Of a DNA stretch of 64,000 nt, positions 1 through 9,708 are shown piece after piece (the first letter of the stretch is position 1; each line of letters opens with the position of its first letter). The stretch is taken from the IMG/VR virus record IMGVR_UViG_3300042367_000583, positions 1 to 64,000 of that record. One strand, given 5' to 3'. The notes under the pieces are model-generated. The model did not search any database. It saw only the letters and a program-made list of their open reading frames with translations, and had not been told where the DNA came from. The translations under genes and the position numbers were made by a program. This DNA is from an uncultured virus (IMG/VR IMGVR_UViG_3300042367_000583) (Duplodnaviria; Heunggongvirae; Uroviricota; Caudoviricetes).

Positions 1-3000
1 TTTTTTCAATATCGCCAAGTGATAAACCTGATTCAAATCCTTTAACAACTTCATTAGCTAAACTCCGAAAATCAAAAGAAGAAATTCCTTTTTCTATTCC
101 AATTGCCACGCCTTTAATAAAATTTTCCCCCGCTTCTTTCCCTTTCCAAGATGGTGAAGCATTTCCCAGCCCTTTATCAATTTGATCTACTATTTTAAGA
201 GCGTTTTGATAGGCGATGTCGCTTGCGCTAGTATCCTTTAATCCTTTTTCTAAACCTTCATTAAGATTTTTACCTGACTCCAAACCACCTTTAGTAAGAA
301 TTTGTGTCTGTAAATTATCAACTGACTGTAAAAAGCCACTTAATGATTTATTAATACTTGTTGTGTTAAATTCAGGATTAGCTCTTAACGCTGTAATTCC
401 CTTTTTAACTTTTTCTAATTGAAAATAAAGACGTTCTAAAGATTGGATATCTTTAGTAGTATTAATTTCTTGACCAATGTTTTTTATGCCAATGCCAATT
501 CTCTTGGTAAAATCAGCAGGAATTTCTGTAGTTTCAACTTGGAATCCACTAAGTTCTTTTTTCCCTAATTTTGTTCTATCGCTTGCTTTTGTTGTTAGTA
601 AAAGTCGAGTTAGTTGGTCAGGGTTAAATTTTTCAGTTAACGATTTCCATATTTCCTCTTTTCTGGCTCCTGCTCCTGATGCTGGTACATCAATTCCTTG
701 ATCCCTGGCTAATCCTCGTAATTGTTTTACCGTGTAATATTCTGGGTTAATTGCCTTGATGTTAGCTGGAATAGGGTTACTTGCTGGGAAGACCCTCTCA
801 TCGAAATATGGAGTTATTTCAGTGGTAATCAGAGAATCAGCTTTATTCTTTGCCGCTTTTAATACTTTCTGGGTTTTACCCTCAATTTTTTGCTGTTCTT
901 CTTTGCTAATTAATTTAGGGACATTACTGGTAGCCGCTCCCAAGAGCTTCTTAACACCTTCACCGGCCATTAACGCCGATCCAGCAACTGCTCCCCCCTG
1001 CGATAGGACGCTGATAGTGCCGTTAGTTATTTCGGTTACAAGCTGCACTACTGCTTCCGTTAGCTGTTGCCCCACTCCAAACGGCAAGCCGCTAAAAGCT
1101 TGAGTCATTTGTGTGGCTACAGATTGGATCATTTCCCGACCGCCAGCACTCATCGCCCCTGCAAGAATATCTCGCATAGTATTGACAACCGTGGTATCTA
1201 GCCCCATCGGGAGAGCGTGGAGAGCGGCGGCTCCCATAGCAGCCGTTCCCCCTACCTGAATAGCTTTTTTACCTATTGCAGCACCAGGTAAAGCCATTAC
1301 TGGACGCTCTAAAGCTTGCATTACCGCATAAACGACTTGACCAAATTTAACAACGTCAAGAGATGTGTCTCGGAAAGCTTTTGAAAGTAGAAGGCTTGCT
1401 GTTTTTAATTCTCTTACAAGAGTTAATTGTAGTAATTCTGCAAAATCTTCATTCCCGCTAAGGTGCTGAATTTCTCCCGATTTATCAGGAGTACCAAGTC
1501 GTGAAGCTAAAACATCTTCTAATTTTGATTTAGCTGCTACAGCTAAATCATTAAGTTTTTGTGGTTGATTATCTAGAATTGGTTGTTCTTTTTTTTGTTC
1601 GGGAGTATCTATTTTTGCGAAAACAGTTTCTTTAGCAGGCAAAGAAAAATCACCAACAATTTGCTTTAATAAAGTTGGTGTATATGAACCTAATGGAATT
1701 GCTTCTCCTGTTACTACAGGGGAAAGAAGAGTCTCGTTAATTTCTCTCTTCTGAGGGATAATGGCTGATTTTTGTCTGGCATTAGAATCAGAAACTTGAG
1801 TAGCAAAAGGTTTTGAGTAGCCAGATTGAATTGCGCCTATTATTTTAAGAGGATCTATCAATCCGTAATAGTTAGAATCAATGATTGCTCGCTGAATAGT
1901 AGTAATTCTATCGTTAAATTTATCACTGCTAGTCGGATCAACTTTTGCATTTCCGAGATCAATTGAAGTAATTCCACCTTGTGCAAAAAATACATTCGCT
2001 GCAGCTAAATCATTATGAACAACACCCATTTCCTGTAAGGATGCTCCAAGTTGTCCTACTTGTTGATATAGAATAGATGCGGCCTTATTAAAACGATTGT
2101 GTTCTTTTTTAGCAGATGATTGTAATTCTTTGGTTAATACTTTTAGCTCTTCGATTTTAGTCGCATCTTTGTTGTCTATAGCTAACTCTAATGCTTTATT
2201 AGCTTCCTGTATTTTTTGCTGAATTTCTTTGTAAGGACGTGCAATTCGATCAAGTATTTCTTTTAAAGGACGACCTTGTGTTCTTTCAGTAATTAAAGCC
2301 TGACCTGGAACTGCTTTGTACAATAAAGGAGACAAACGACCTTGTAATTTCTCATAAGCCTTAATTTCATCTTCTGACGCAATTTTTGTCGCTCCTATTG
2401 GGTCAAGATCAGTTTTATAAACAAGATTATCTGAAAGAAGAGCAACGGCTCCAAGAAATCCTGTACCAATTTTTTTGATTTCAGAAATACCAGGAAGAAT
2501 TTCTTTACCTACGGCATCAAGAAGTTTGTTGTAAGCTAAAATAGCTGATTGCTTTTTTAGAAAAATTTCAGGAACAGCAACCTGTAATTGTCTTATTTCT
2601 TCTTCTTTTGGTAGTGTTAATGTGTCAAGGCGTGTATTTAGAAAACTTGTTAATTCTCCAGAAAACTCATCAACTTCAAAAGTTTTTATAGTGTCTTTGG
2701 TTTTTTGCGATAATTTTCCTCCTGTTTTAATAAATTCATCAGCAACATCAGCTATTTTTTTGTATGCTTCAACAATTTTTTTTGTATAAGTTGCACCGAA
2801 CGTACTTTCTTCAGAAGTAAACCACGGTATTGTTTCGGTTCTAATCTTTTCTGTCCGTCTTTTAACTTCATTAGGCTCTAAATTTCCAGCATACCAGCTA
2901 GGAGTATCAGCAAGTTTTCCTGATTTAAATTCTAATAATGCGCTGTTTATACTTTTTGCTTCTTGTTGATACTTTTGATACCCAGCAAAATCTTGAGGAT

Positions 3001-5104
3001 TTTCTGGTAAATTTGCACCCCCTTGTCTAAATTTTTCAGCTATAAATGGAACTAAAGGTTCCATTAAACTTTTTAAAGCTTGTGACACAGGCTGTAATTC
3101 TTTTGTATCAAAAGAAGATATAAGACGAAGCCCTTCGAAAAACTTTGCAATAAATCCTTCTACGCTTACGTTAGGACTGCCACTGCTGTATCCTTGCAAG
3201 AATCTATGATAAGGTAGAGTCTTATCAAATTCCCCTGTTTCTTTAAGTGACTTTAATTGTAGAGTCGATCCCAATACTTCATATAGCTTATCGCCTGCAT
3301 GAACAACTTTTGATTGTTGACCTGGGGTCATATCTGGCTGTTCAGCATTAATAGTCTTATAAAATAAATCTAGAAAAGGTTGTTTTTTAAATAAATGTTT
3401 TTGGTGGTGATTTGATAGCCCAAAAGGAGTATCACTTTCAATTGAGTGGAATTGGTTAGTATTGACTCCAATTCCTAATAACTTGGCAAACCCGAGAGGG
3501 TCTCCACTTAGCAACGCTGCATTAAATCCTTTAGGTGTATTTTGAGTAAAATTAAGAAAGGGATAAGCCATGGCTAATGCGCGTGGCTGCATTCCCAAAT
3601 ATGCTGCTGTTTGACTATACTGAAGGTTATCTGCTCCTCCTAAAGAATAGCTAACAACGCTGCCTTTTTTACCCTGTTCTTCAGCTAATCTGGTATTGGC
3701 TATTGCTTGCGCTGCGGCTGTAGAATAACCAAACGGGTTAATAGCGTTTACTACCTGCCGAAAAGCGTTAATTGCTGTATCTATGGTTTCTCCAGCAGCA
3801 AAATCAGGGGCAATCTCAGCTATTTTATCCCTAATCATTTTTTCTAAAAGATTAGGGTTTTGTTTATCAGTATCAGTTTCAGGATTTTCTACAGGAATAA
3901 ATCGTTTATTAGGAGCTAATAATTCAATTGATTGAATAACTTGTCTGCCACCCTGACCTCCCTTAAATTGCGCTCCTCCAATGACACTAACTACATCTTC
4001 CCCCTCTCTTAGTAATGGAAAACCTGCTTTTCTTTCGTTGTAATATTTTTGGCTTTCTACTGATGTTCTATAAGACCTCATCCCTTGTATAAATTTTAAT
4101 AAAGGAGCCATTTCTTGAATAAAAGAATTAACAAATCCTTTTAATACTTGTGTTTGTGGCTGTGCGTCAACTAAAAACTGAGCTATGGCTTTTTTCCCCG
4201 CTTCTCGCGGCTTGATACCAGGATTTTCCGATTCTATTTTTTGTAATACTTGTTGATAAATTTTATTTAACTCAGAATTTTCTTTAATTAATCTCAGACG
4301 CTCCAGTGGTTTATTTGCAGGCACTAATGCGATTTCTTGTAATTTTTGAAGCCTTTCTGTAGTTTTACCTACTTCGGTGCGAGGAAAAGAAGCTTGTGTA
4401 GCTTTTTTTATACTTCCTGACCTGAAAAATTCTGATAAAAACGTTTCATATACTTGGTTTTTACCAATTAATTGTTCATCAATTTTTGTTATTGCGGATT
4501 TAATTTTTTTAGCTGTATTTTTAGCTGATGTTACGCCTATCTCTTCTGCAAAGGATTGACCTAGTTTCTCGAAATAACCAGTAACCATGTCATCAAGAAC
4601 TCGTCCCGCAAGTTTAAAAGGAGACATTAAAATACGGCCAATTGCGCCTGCAACGCCTCCTTTGCTAGAGGATATTCTAATTTCTGACGATATTCGAGAA
4701 GTAGATCGATCAATCGCTTTCTCTACCCGATCTTGATACCCAGAAAACCGATGCTCAACAACAATTTTAGAGGGTGTTCTTATCTCTACTGATGTTTTTT
4801 TTAATTCACGCAACTCTTGGTTAAGAGAAACTAATGCGTCATCTTCAGCAAATACTTTAATAGGATTTGCTTTATAAAAATCAACTGTCTTTTTAAGGTC
4901 AACTCTTTTTAAAAGTAAATGACTATTTAGCCCATAAAGCTGACGGTCATCGACGCTAACTTTAATTTTTAGTGGAGTCGTGCCAAGTTTAGTAACACGA
5001 CGCTCTAGGGAAGAAAGCTGGTCTTTAGCCGATTTAATACCGCTATCATATTGGGCTGTATTTAGCCCTAGACCGATTTCTAAAGTACCAAGTGATAAAG
5101 GCAT
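1..5104 (-). CDS. Tape measure protein (>1700 aa, continues off the left edge) with embedded kinase, alpha/beta-hydrolase and HeH domains
   Basis: Manual translation: ATG at 5104 gives MPLSLGTLEIGLGLNTAQYDSGIKSAK (typical TMP N-terminus). The same frame is open at every segment checked down to base 1 and has an LGNASPS motif near 170. It lies directly after the G/GT chaperones; the ORF track presumably omits it because no stop falls inside the window. Confidence 0.88.
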   Translation of the reverse strand, partial: MPLSLGTLEIGLGLNTAQYDSGIKSAKDQLSSLERRVTKLGTTPLKIKVSVDDRQLYGLNSHLLLKRVDLKKTVDFYKANPIKVFAEDDALVSLNQELRELKKTSVEIRTPSKIVVEHRFSGYQDRVEKAIDRSTSRISSEIRISSSKGGVAGAIGRILMSPFKLAGRVLDDMVTGYFEKLGQSFAEEIGVTSAKNTAKKIKSAITKIDEQLIGKNQVYETFLSEFFRSGSIKKATQASFPRTEVGKTTERLQKLQEIALVPANKPLERLRLIKENSELNKIYQQVLQKIESENPGIKPREAGKKAIAQFLVDAQPQTQVLKGFVNSFIQEMAPLLKFIQGMRSYRTSVESQKYYNERKAGFPLLREGEDVVSVIGGAQFKGGQGGRQVIQSIELLAPNKRFIPVENPETDTDKQNPNLLEKMIRDKIAEIAPDFAAGETIDTAINAFRQVVNAINPFGYSTAAAQAIANTRLAEEQGKKGSVVSYSLGGADNLQYSQTAAYLGMQPRALAMAYPFLNFTQNTPKGFNAALLSGDPLGFAKLLGIGVNTNQFHSIESDTPFGLSNHHQKHLFKKQPFLDLFYKTINAEQPDMTPGQQSKVVHAGDKLYEVLGSTLQLKSLKETGEFDKTLPYHRFLQGYSSGSPNVSVEGFIAKFFEGLRLISSFDTKELQPVSQALKSLMEPLVPFIAEKFRQGGANLPENPQDFAGYQKYQQEAKSINSALLEFKSGKLADTPSWYAGNLEPNEVKRRTEKIRTETIPWFTSEESTFGATYTKKIVEAYKKIADVADEFIKTGGKLSQKTKDTIKTFEVDEFSGELTSFLNTRLDTLTLPKEEEIRQLQVAVPEIFLKKQSAILAYNKLLDAVGKEILPGISEIKKIGTGFLGAVALLSDNLVYKTDLDPIGATKIASEDEIKAYEKLQGRLSPLLYKAVPGQALITERTQGRPLKEILDRIARPYKEIQQKIQEANKALELAIDNKDATKIEELKVLTKELQSSAKKEHNRFNKAASILYQQVGQLGASLQEMGVVHNDLAAANVFFAQGGITSIDLGNAKVDPTSSDKFNDRITTIQRAIIDSNYYGLIDPLKIIGAIQSGYSKPFATQVSDSNARQKSAIIPQKREINETLLSPVVTGEAIPLGSYTPTLLKQIVGDFSLPAKETVFAKIDTPEQKKEQPILDNQPQKLNDLAVAAKSKLEDVLASRLGTPDKSGEIQHLSGNEDFAELLQLTLVRELKTASLLLSKAFRDTSLDVVKFGQVVYAVMQALERPVMALPGAAIGKKAIQVGGTAAMGAAALHALPMGLDTTVVNTMRDILAGAMSAGGREMIQSVATQMTQAFSGLPFGVGQQLTEAVVQLVTEITNGTISVLSQGGAVAGSALMAGEGVKKLLGAATSNVPKLISKEEQQKIEGKTQKVLKAAKNKADSLITTEITPYFDERVFPASNPIPANIKAINPEYYTVKQLRGLARDQGIDVPASGAGARKEEIWKSLTEKFNPDQLTRLLLTTKASDRTKLGKKELSGFQVETTEIPADFTKRIGIGIKNIGQEINTTKDIQSLERLYFQLEKVKKGITALRANPEFNTTSINKSLSGFLQSVDNLQTQILTKGGLESGKNLNEGLEKGLKDTSASDIAYQNALKIVDQIDKGLGNASPSWKGKEAGENFIKGVAIGIEKGISSFDFRSLANEVVKGFESGLSLGDIEK

Positions 5105-5562
5105 TAGCTTTTCTCCCCTACTAATTGAATTATTTCGTCGTATAGTCCGCAATCGACTATTATCTGAGTGGCGAAGACTGGCACTTGGCCAGCTTGCATA
5201 GCTTTTAACAGAATTTGAGCGGTTTCTTGATCAAGAAAATATTTTTTATTTTCTTTAAACCGGAAAGGAAGAAAATCACTGGGTTTTGGAGGTTGAGACT
5301 GTGATTTTTCTTTTGATTGAGCCATTAAGTAAATGTTAACCATGGCGGCAATCTGACTGACTGTGTCTGATAGTGAATTAATCTCTTCACATTTGACTTT
5401 TTGAATCCCTGAATATTTTTTCAGGATTAACCAGTCTGGCCACTCTTCCCACTCTTCGATAGGCAATCCCCATGCACACCATTTGTAATAGATTTCTTCC
5501 CAATTAATGGGGTTAGCGATTGCCTCTAACCGCGCATTAATTGCGTCATCTATTCGTTTTTT
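5104..5562 (-). CDS. Tail assembly chaperone GT extension (-1 frameshift product)
   Basis: Slippery A AAA AAC at 5562-5556. The -1 frame reads KRIDDAINARLEAIANPINWEEIYYKWCAWGLPIEEW and joins ORF 5104..5466. Confidence 0.8.
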   Translation of the reverse strand, partial: KKRIDDAINARLEAIANPINWEEIYYKWCAWGLPIEEWEEWPDWLILKKYSGIQKVKCEEINSLSDTVSQIAAMVNIYLMAQSKEKSQSQPPKPSDFLPFRFKENKKYFLDQETAQILLKAMQAGQVPVFATQIIVDCGLYDEIIQLVGEKS

Positions 5563-6335
5563 TCGTCATCCTCCGTTGATTCTGATTCTGATTTTTCAGT
5601 CCCTGGTTTCTCCGTTTCTGGGTTCTGCCACTGGGTTATGTCTTGCCAGAGATAGTCTTGATAAAGTTTTACTACCATAAATTGAGACAGATCATTAATG
5701 TCTTGTATGGTGAAATCAACAGAAGACTTATCCTTGAGCTTAACTACGCGGCGAGGACTACCTAGAAAGTTAGCTAACAAGGCTTTATTGTAAGTTTCAT
5801 AGGTTGTTTCCCGATCCTTAAATAAAGCATTTAATTCATCAAGATAAGGCTCTACAAGTTCTATAGATTCTCTTGTTAGTTCTCTTGTTTTTTTGCGATT
5901 ATTTAAAATTGATTGCTGCACGATAGCGGCGGTTTCTACTTTTTGTTCTACGCTGTCAGATTTTACCCCGTCGAGAGCATCAACCATGACCTGTTCAATT
6001 CGTTCTCGGATCGAACCGTCGTTAACTACTACTCCTTCAATTTCAGCAGTGGATAGTCCTGTTTTTTGCCCGATAGCTTTAATTTTCTCAAGATAAGCTT
6101 TGTCAGCTTTTTCCCGTGCCTCTAAGTATTCCTTGACTGTTTCATTTTCCTTTGGATTAATTCCGTATCGTTTTAAAAACTTGATTCCAATCTCTCCATT
6201 TTCTTCTGTAGCAATTGTATCTATCTTTTCCAGTAAAGTATCGTTGTCTTGGATGTAATAAAGCCACTCTTTTTTTAAAGGGAAAAAGAATGTTTCATTA
6301 AATTTCAATTTGCCTAATACGCTTAACTTCGCCAT
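5550..6335 (-). CDS. Tail assembly chaperone G
   Basis: Lies between tail tube and TMP; acidic C-terminus ends at the slippery site. Confidence 0.72.
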   Translation of the reverse strand: MAKLSVLGKLKFNETFFFPLKKEWLYYIQDNDTLLEKIDTIATEENGEIGIKFLKRYGINPKENETVKEYLEAREKADKAYLEKIKAIGQKTGLSTAEIEGVVVNDGSIRERIEQVMVDALDGVKSDSVEQKVETAAIVQQSILNNRKKTRELTRESIELVEPYLDELNALFKDRETTYETYNKALLANFLGSPRRVVKLKDKSSVDFTIQDINDLSQFMVVKLYQDYLWQDITQWQNPETEKPGTEKSESESTEDDEKNE

Positions 6336-6591
6336 TTATTTTTACCTTTTGATTTCTTTTTGCACTTTGTTCAGTATTGAGCCACAGAGGATCAATGATC
6401 ACAGATACCTGTATTCTTTCTTGGTTTTTTGTTCCGTCTGGTGGTTCGATTAATATCTTTTCTTGTTGACTTATTTCTCGATCAAACGCACCGAAAGAAA
6501 ACCAGAGGTAATTATTGATTATTCTAGAATTGACTAACATTACCTCTTGGTCTTTATCAACAAGGAGTTTAACTATTTTAATTGAGGTCAT
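6298..6591 (-). CDS. Hypothetical tail-region protein
   Basis: 97-aa ORF overlapping both neighbours in the tail operon. Confidence 0.55.
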   Translation of the reverse strand: MTSIKIVKLLVDKDQEVMLVNSRIINNYLWFSFGAFDREISQQEKILIEPPDGTKNQERIQVSVIIDPLWLNTEQSAKRNQKVKINGEVKRIRQIEI

Positions 6592-7318
6592 CGGCTACAT
6601 TAGGAGAGAATGGCGACGTTGCCATCGGTTTAATGTCAAACACATTGCCACTAATAGTTAGAGTTACGTTTCCTTGTAGGAAATTGCCTTTTTCACCACT
6701 AACATTTTGGCTAACATTTGTCTGAAAACCTAAGCCGCCGCGCTGTCCCATATAGACAATTTCGAGATAAATTCGATCACCTCTTTGCTCTGCAGCTTTT
6801 ACAATTTCATATCCAGGATCACCAAATACAAGCGGACCCGATACCGACCCATTACTCATGATTTCGGAGATAAATTTCTCCACCGCCATTTCACTAAAGA
6901 CGGAATCAGTAACCTCAGTAGAGGAGGTGTCAACGTTAAAGGTCTTGGCGCTCAAAAAAGGAACCCAAGATTTAATCGTGCATTTTTGAGCGGGAGTAGC
7001 AAGGGTAGCAGCAATTTTGGAAGGTTCGATCTGGATTGCTGTCTGGGTTACTGTCGTCGTTTTTGTTCGGACGACCACATAATCACCGGCAGTCCCCACA
7101 TAAATTAAAGTGCCAGCATATAAAATTCGGCCAAAACCCCCAGTCGCCACGGTAAGAGTGGAATCACCTAAGACGATTGCACCACCTAAATCGGCTACTC
7201 GTGTGGAAGGTTCCTCTCCAAAACCATAAGTACCAGAGATAAAAAATTGCGTATCACGGCTAGGGGTGAGGTTGTCACTCCGATTTAACTCTAAAATCTG
7301 ATTGGACATTCTAATCAC
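6578..7318 (-). CDS. Major tail tube protein
   Basis: Position; beta-rich Thr/Gly/Ser composition with C-terminal VTLTISG strand. Confidence 0.65.
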   Translation of the reverse strand: MIRMSNQILELNRSDNLTPSRDTQFFISGTYGFGEEPSTRVADLGGAIVLGDSTLTVATGGFGRILYAGTLIYVGTAGDYVVVRTKTTTVTQTAIQIEPSKIAATLATPAQKCTIKSWVPFLSAKTFNVDTSSTEVTDSVFSEMAVEKFISEIMSNGSVSGPLVFGDPGYEIVKAAEQRGDRIYLEIVYMGQRGGLGFQTNVSQNVSGEKGNFLQGNVTLTISGNVFDIKPMATSPFSPNVADDLN

Positions 7319-7371
7319 TGACTAAACTTTTCTAGTTATATTGTACTATAAAAGATTAGTAAATGTGTACT

Positions 7372-7821
7372 CTAGAAGCCTAAAAGTCTAGCAGTGGTAA
7401 TTTTAAAGGTCGCTTTTGGTCTGATAATCCCTTCGGGGGTTTTGGTATAGGGGGTTAGGCGAGGCTGATCTAGAAAATTCCAGTAGCGAGAAGATTTAAG
7501 TCTCTCGATCACCGGTGTTAGGGATTTCTCTAGATTGTACTGTTTTAGGGTAATGCAATAGTTATTTATACCTACGGTGTAACCCAATAAGTTTTCGTGA
7601 TAGGGGTCGGGTTCTCTCTGAATAATTGCTTCGATCCCACTATTAGGTTTTACTTTATAGTTAGGGGGTAATTCAGGAGGCTCTACCCAAATAGCATCTA
7701 TTTCATTTAATTTTTGCCCTGTAGGGCTTGTTATTTCGTACTTGCCTAAGTCAATACCAATAAGTATCTTTAAATTGTTTCTAATACTTAATAAAATATC
7801 TTTTAGTTCTAATTCAGTCAT
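7372..7821 (-). CDS. Putative tail terminator / completion protein
   Basis: Size and position between gp10-like and tail tube genes. Confidence 0.5.
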   Translation of the reverse strand: MTELELKDILLSIRNNLKILIGIDLGKYEITSPTGQKLNEIDAIWVEPPELPPNYKVKPNSGIEAIIQREPDPYHENLLGYTVGINNYCITLKQYNLEKSLTPVIERLKSSRYWNFLDQPRLTPYTKTPEGIIRPKATFKITTARLLGF

Positions 7822-8212
7822 TTAATTTTTCCTTTAAGATTTCACTATAAGCCTCAATTGGATTATAGTCTTCTATAGCCGTGTCGATAAATGGGCGAGC
7901 GGGAACATCTGTCACCGTCCCATCGTTACGCTCTATTTGATACCCTTCATGGACAAGAGCGGCATGATCAGCCGTGTAACCGATTACTTTATAGACATCG
8001 GATGCATCTTCAATAAATTGGCTATTTTTTAGCTCACCTGTATCCACAATGTCCCGGGGTGAGCCAACTACACTACCGTTTTGACGCACGGTTTCCCGCG
8101 GCCAAGGCCATTTATTATCTTTTATCTGAAAGTTAATTTCTTGGGCAAATTCGCCCACCATTTCATCAAAAGACTCAATGGCTAATTGTTTTCCTAGATT
8201 CCAGTTAATCAT
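7814..8212 (-). CDS. HK97 gp10-like neck/tail completion protein
   Basis: VDTGELKNS, HAALVHEG and PARPF motifs. Confidence 0.75.
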   Translation of the reverse strand: MINWNLGKQLAIESFDEMVGEFAQEINFQIKDNKWPWPRETVRQNGSVVGSPRDIVDTGELKNSQFIEDASDVYKVIGYTADHAALVHEGYQIERNDGTVTDVPARPFIDTAIEDYNPIEAYSEILKEKLND

Positions 8213-8392
8213 TAAAAAATAGCTGTAAGTTATCCTTACAGCTATTATAGCAACTTTAGACTAACCGATTACGGATAGTCAACTCTTATGTCTCGTGGTG
8301 AGATATTAATTTATCATTAAAGACTCAAACAATTCTTTAAATTTAACGTTTCTCCACCCTTTTTGAGTTCTGAAAAAAGTTGTAACTCATCG

Positions 8393-8713
8393 TTAATACA
8401 TTTTAAGTTCTGAAAAAAGTTGTAACTCAGCGTTAATAGAATCTGTGGTTTGTTTACCAATAGTTTCTATGCCTTGAGTTAAAGAATCCGAAAAAGTCTT
8501 ACAGTCTTGCGTGTAAGTTTTTTGAATAAACCACTGCCCGCAATTGCAGTCTTTCTCGTCTATTATGTATTTGACCTGAAAAGATATATATTTTAAGCCA
8601 TGATAATTAATATCTGCCGAAAAACTTGAGTAACTTTTCCAAAACTTACACTCTCTTTTACTTGGACTAAGAACGTTTAAAACTTGTTCTTGAAACTCTT
8701 GAAATGATAGCAT
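8393..8713 (-). CDS. Hypothetical protein
   Basis: GGAG RBS after heptamer repeats. Confidence 0.6.
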   Translation of the reverse strand: MLSFQEFQEQVLNVLSPSKRECKFWKSYSSFSADINYHGLKYISFQVKYIIDEKDCNCGQWFIQKTYTQDCKTFSDSLTQGIETIGKQTTDSINAELQLFSELKMY

Positions 8714-8767
8714 AATTACTCCCGTTGATTCGTTGCTGACAACTGATAACTGATAACTGATTAGTAG

Positions 8768-9370
8768 CTAATTGTCGCAGACTACCCGAAAACCGCTATT
8801 GAAGTAGCGGATGTCGCGGCGGTATCTGAAGTAGCGAACCGCGGAACGGCAGCGAAGAGGATAGTTGCCCCAGGAACCGCCCCGCAGACATTTTTCAGAC
8901 TGGGAACAATTATCATTATCAATCCACGCCGTGCTATCGTCTTCGCACCACTCCCAAACATTACCACTCATGTCATACAGTCCCCAACCATTGGGCTTTT
9001 TCTGTCCTACGGGATGAGTTTTACCACCAGAATTTTTGGCATACCAAGCGTAATTTCCTAACTGATTATCATCATCACCAAAATAATAGCGAGTAGTAGT
9101 ACCTGCTCGACAGGCATACTCCCATTCCGATTCTGTGGGTAGGCGATAGGTTTTCCCTGTTATTTGACTCAATTTCTGACAAAAGGCTTGAGCATCGTCC
9201 CAACTAACCTGTTCTACGGGATTTTGTGGATTATTTTGAAAGTAAGAGGGATTAGTTCCCATTACTTTTTGATATTGTTCCTGAGTCACTGGATATTTCC
9301 CAATCTTAAAACTACCAATTTCTTGATCTTGACTTGCTGGTATTTCTACTATTTCAATTTTAATCGTCAT
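8768..9370 (-). CDS. FGE-sulfatase / CLec-fold protein with DGR-type variable C-terminus
   Basis: YPVTQ, RLPTESEWEYACRAG, PNGWGLYDMSGNVWEW and LRGGSW...CRSA.R...GFRVV motifs. Confidence 0.9.
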   Translation of the reverse strand: MTIKIEIVEIPASQDQEIGSFKIGKYPVTQEQYQKVMGTNPSYFQNNPQNPVEQVSWDDAQAFCQKLSQITGKTYRLPTESEWEYACRAGTTTRYYFGDDDNQLGNYAWYAKNSGGKTHPVGQKKPNGWGLYDMSGNVWEWCEDDSTAWIDNDNCSQSEKCLRGGSWGNYPLRCRSAVRYFRYRRDIRYFNSGFRVVCDN

Positions 9371-9438
9371 TTCTTACTCCTAAGTGTTTTGTTTTTGACG
9401 GATGATAACTGATAACTGATAACTAAACTATCACTTTA

Positions 9439-9645
9439 TTAACTGTTAACAAACTGTTTATCTAGAAACTGTTTATCTAGATCGGCAAGCTGTTTATCTA
9501 GCTTTGCCCGCTTGTCGAGCAAATACTCATAGACTAATGAACATTCTTCGATATGTCCCGCTTTCCGTAAATCAATTAACTGGCACTGAATGCAGAATAG
9601 CTGAGTTAAAACATTATAGTATGCAATCCGCTCTTGATCGGTCAT
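9439..9645 (-). CDS. Hypothetical protein
   Basis: AGGAG RBS; follows the promoter at 9655-9708. Confidence 0.6.
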   Translation of the reverse strand: MTDQERIAYYNVLTQLFCIQCQLIDLRKAGHIEECSLVYEYLLDKRAKLDKQLADLDKQFLDKQFVNS

Positions 9646-9654
9646 TGTGAACTC

Positions 9655-9708
9655 CTTTGGTGTTTTGGCATATACCCAATATAACAGGTATATGTTTTCG
9701 TGTCAAGT
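9655..9708 (-). promoter_or_regulatory. Sigma70-type promoter cassette B, copy 1
   Basis: TTGACA-17 nt-TATATT; 54 bp near-identical to 10160..10213. Confidence 0.8.

Noticed and set aside
216..5201. Short plus-strand ORFs
   Set aside because: Antisense shadows of the TMP gene; the same applies to most short ORFs opposite long genes elsewhere in the window
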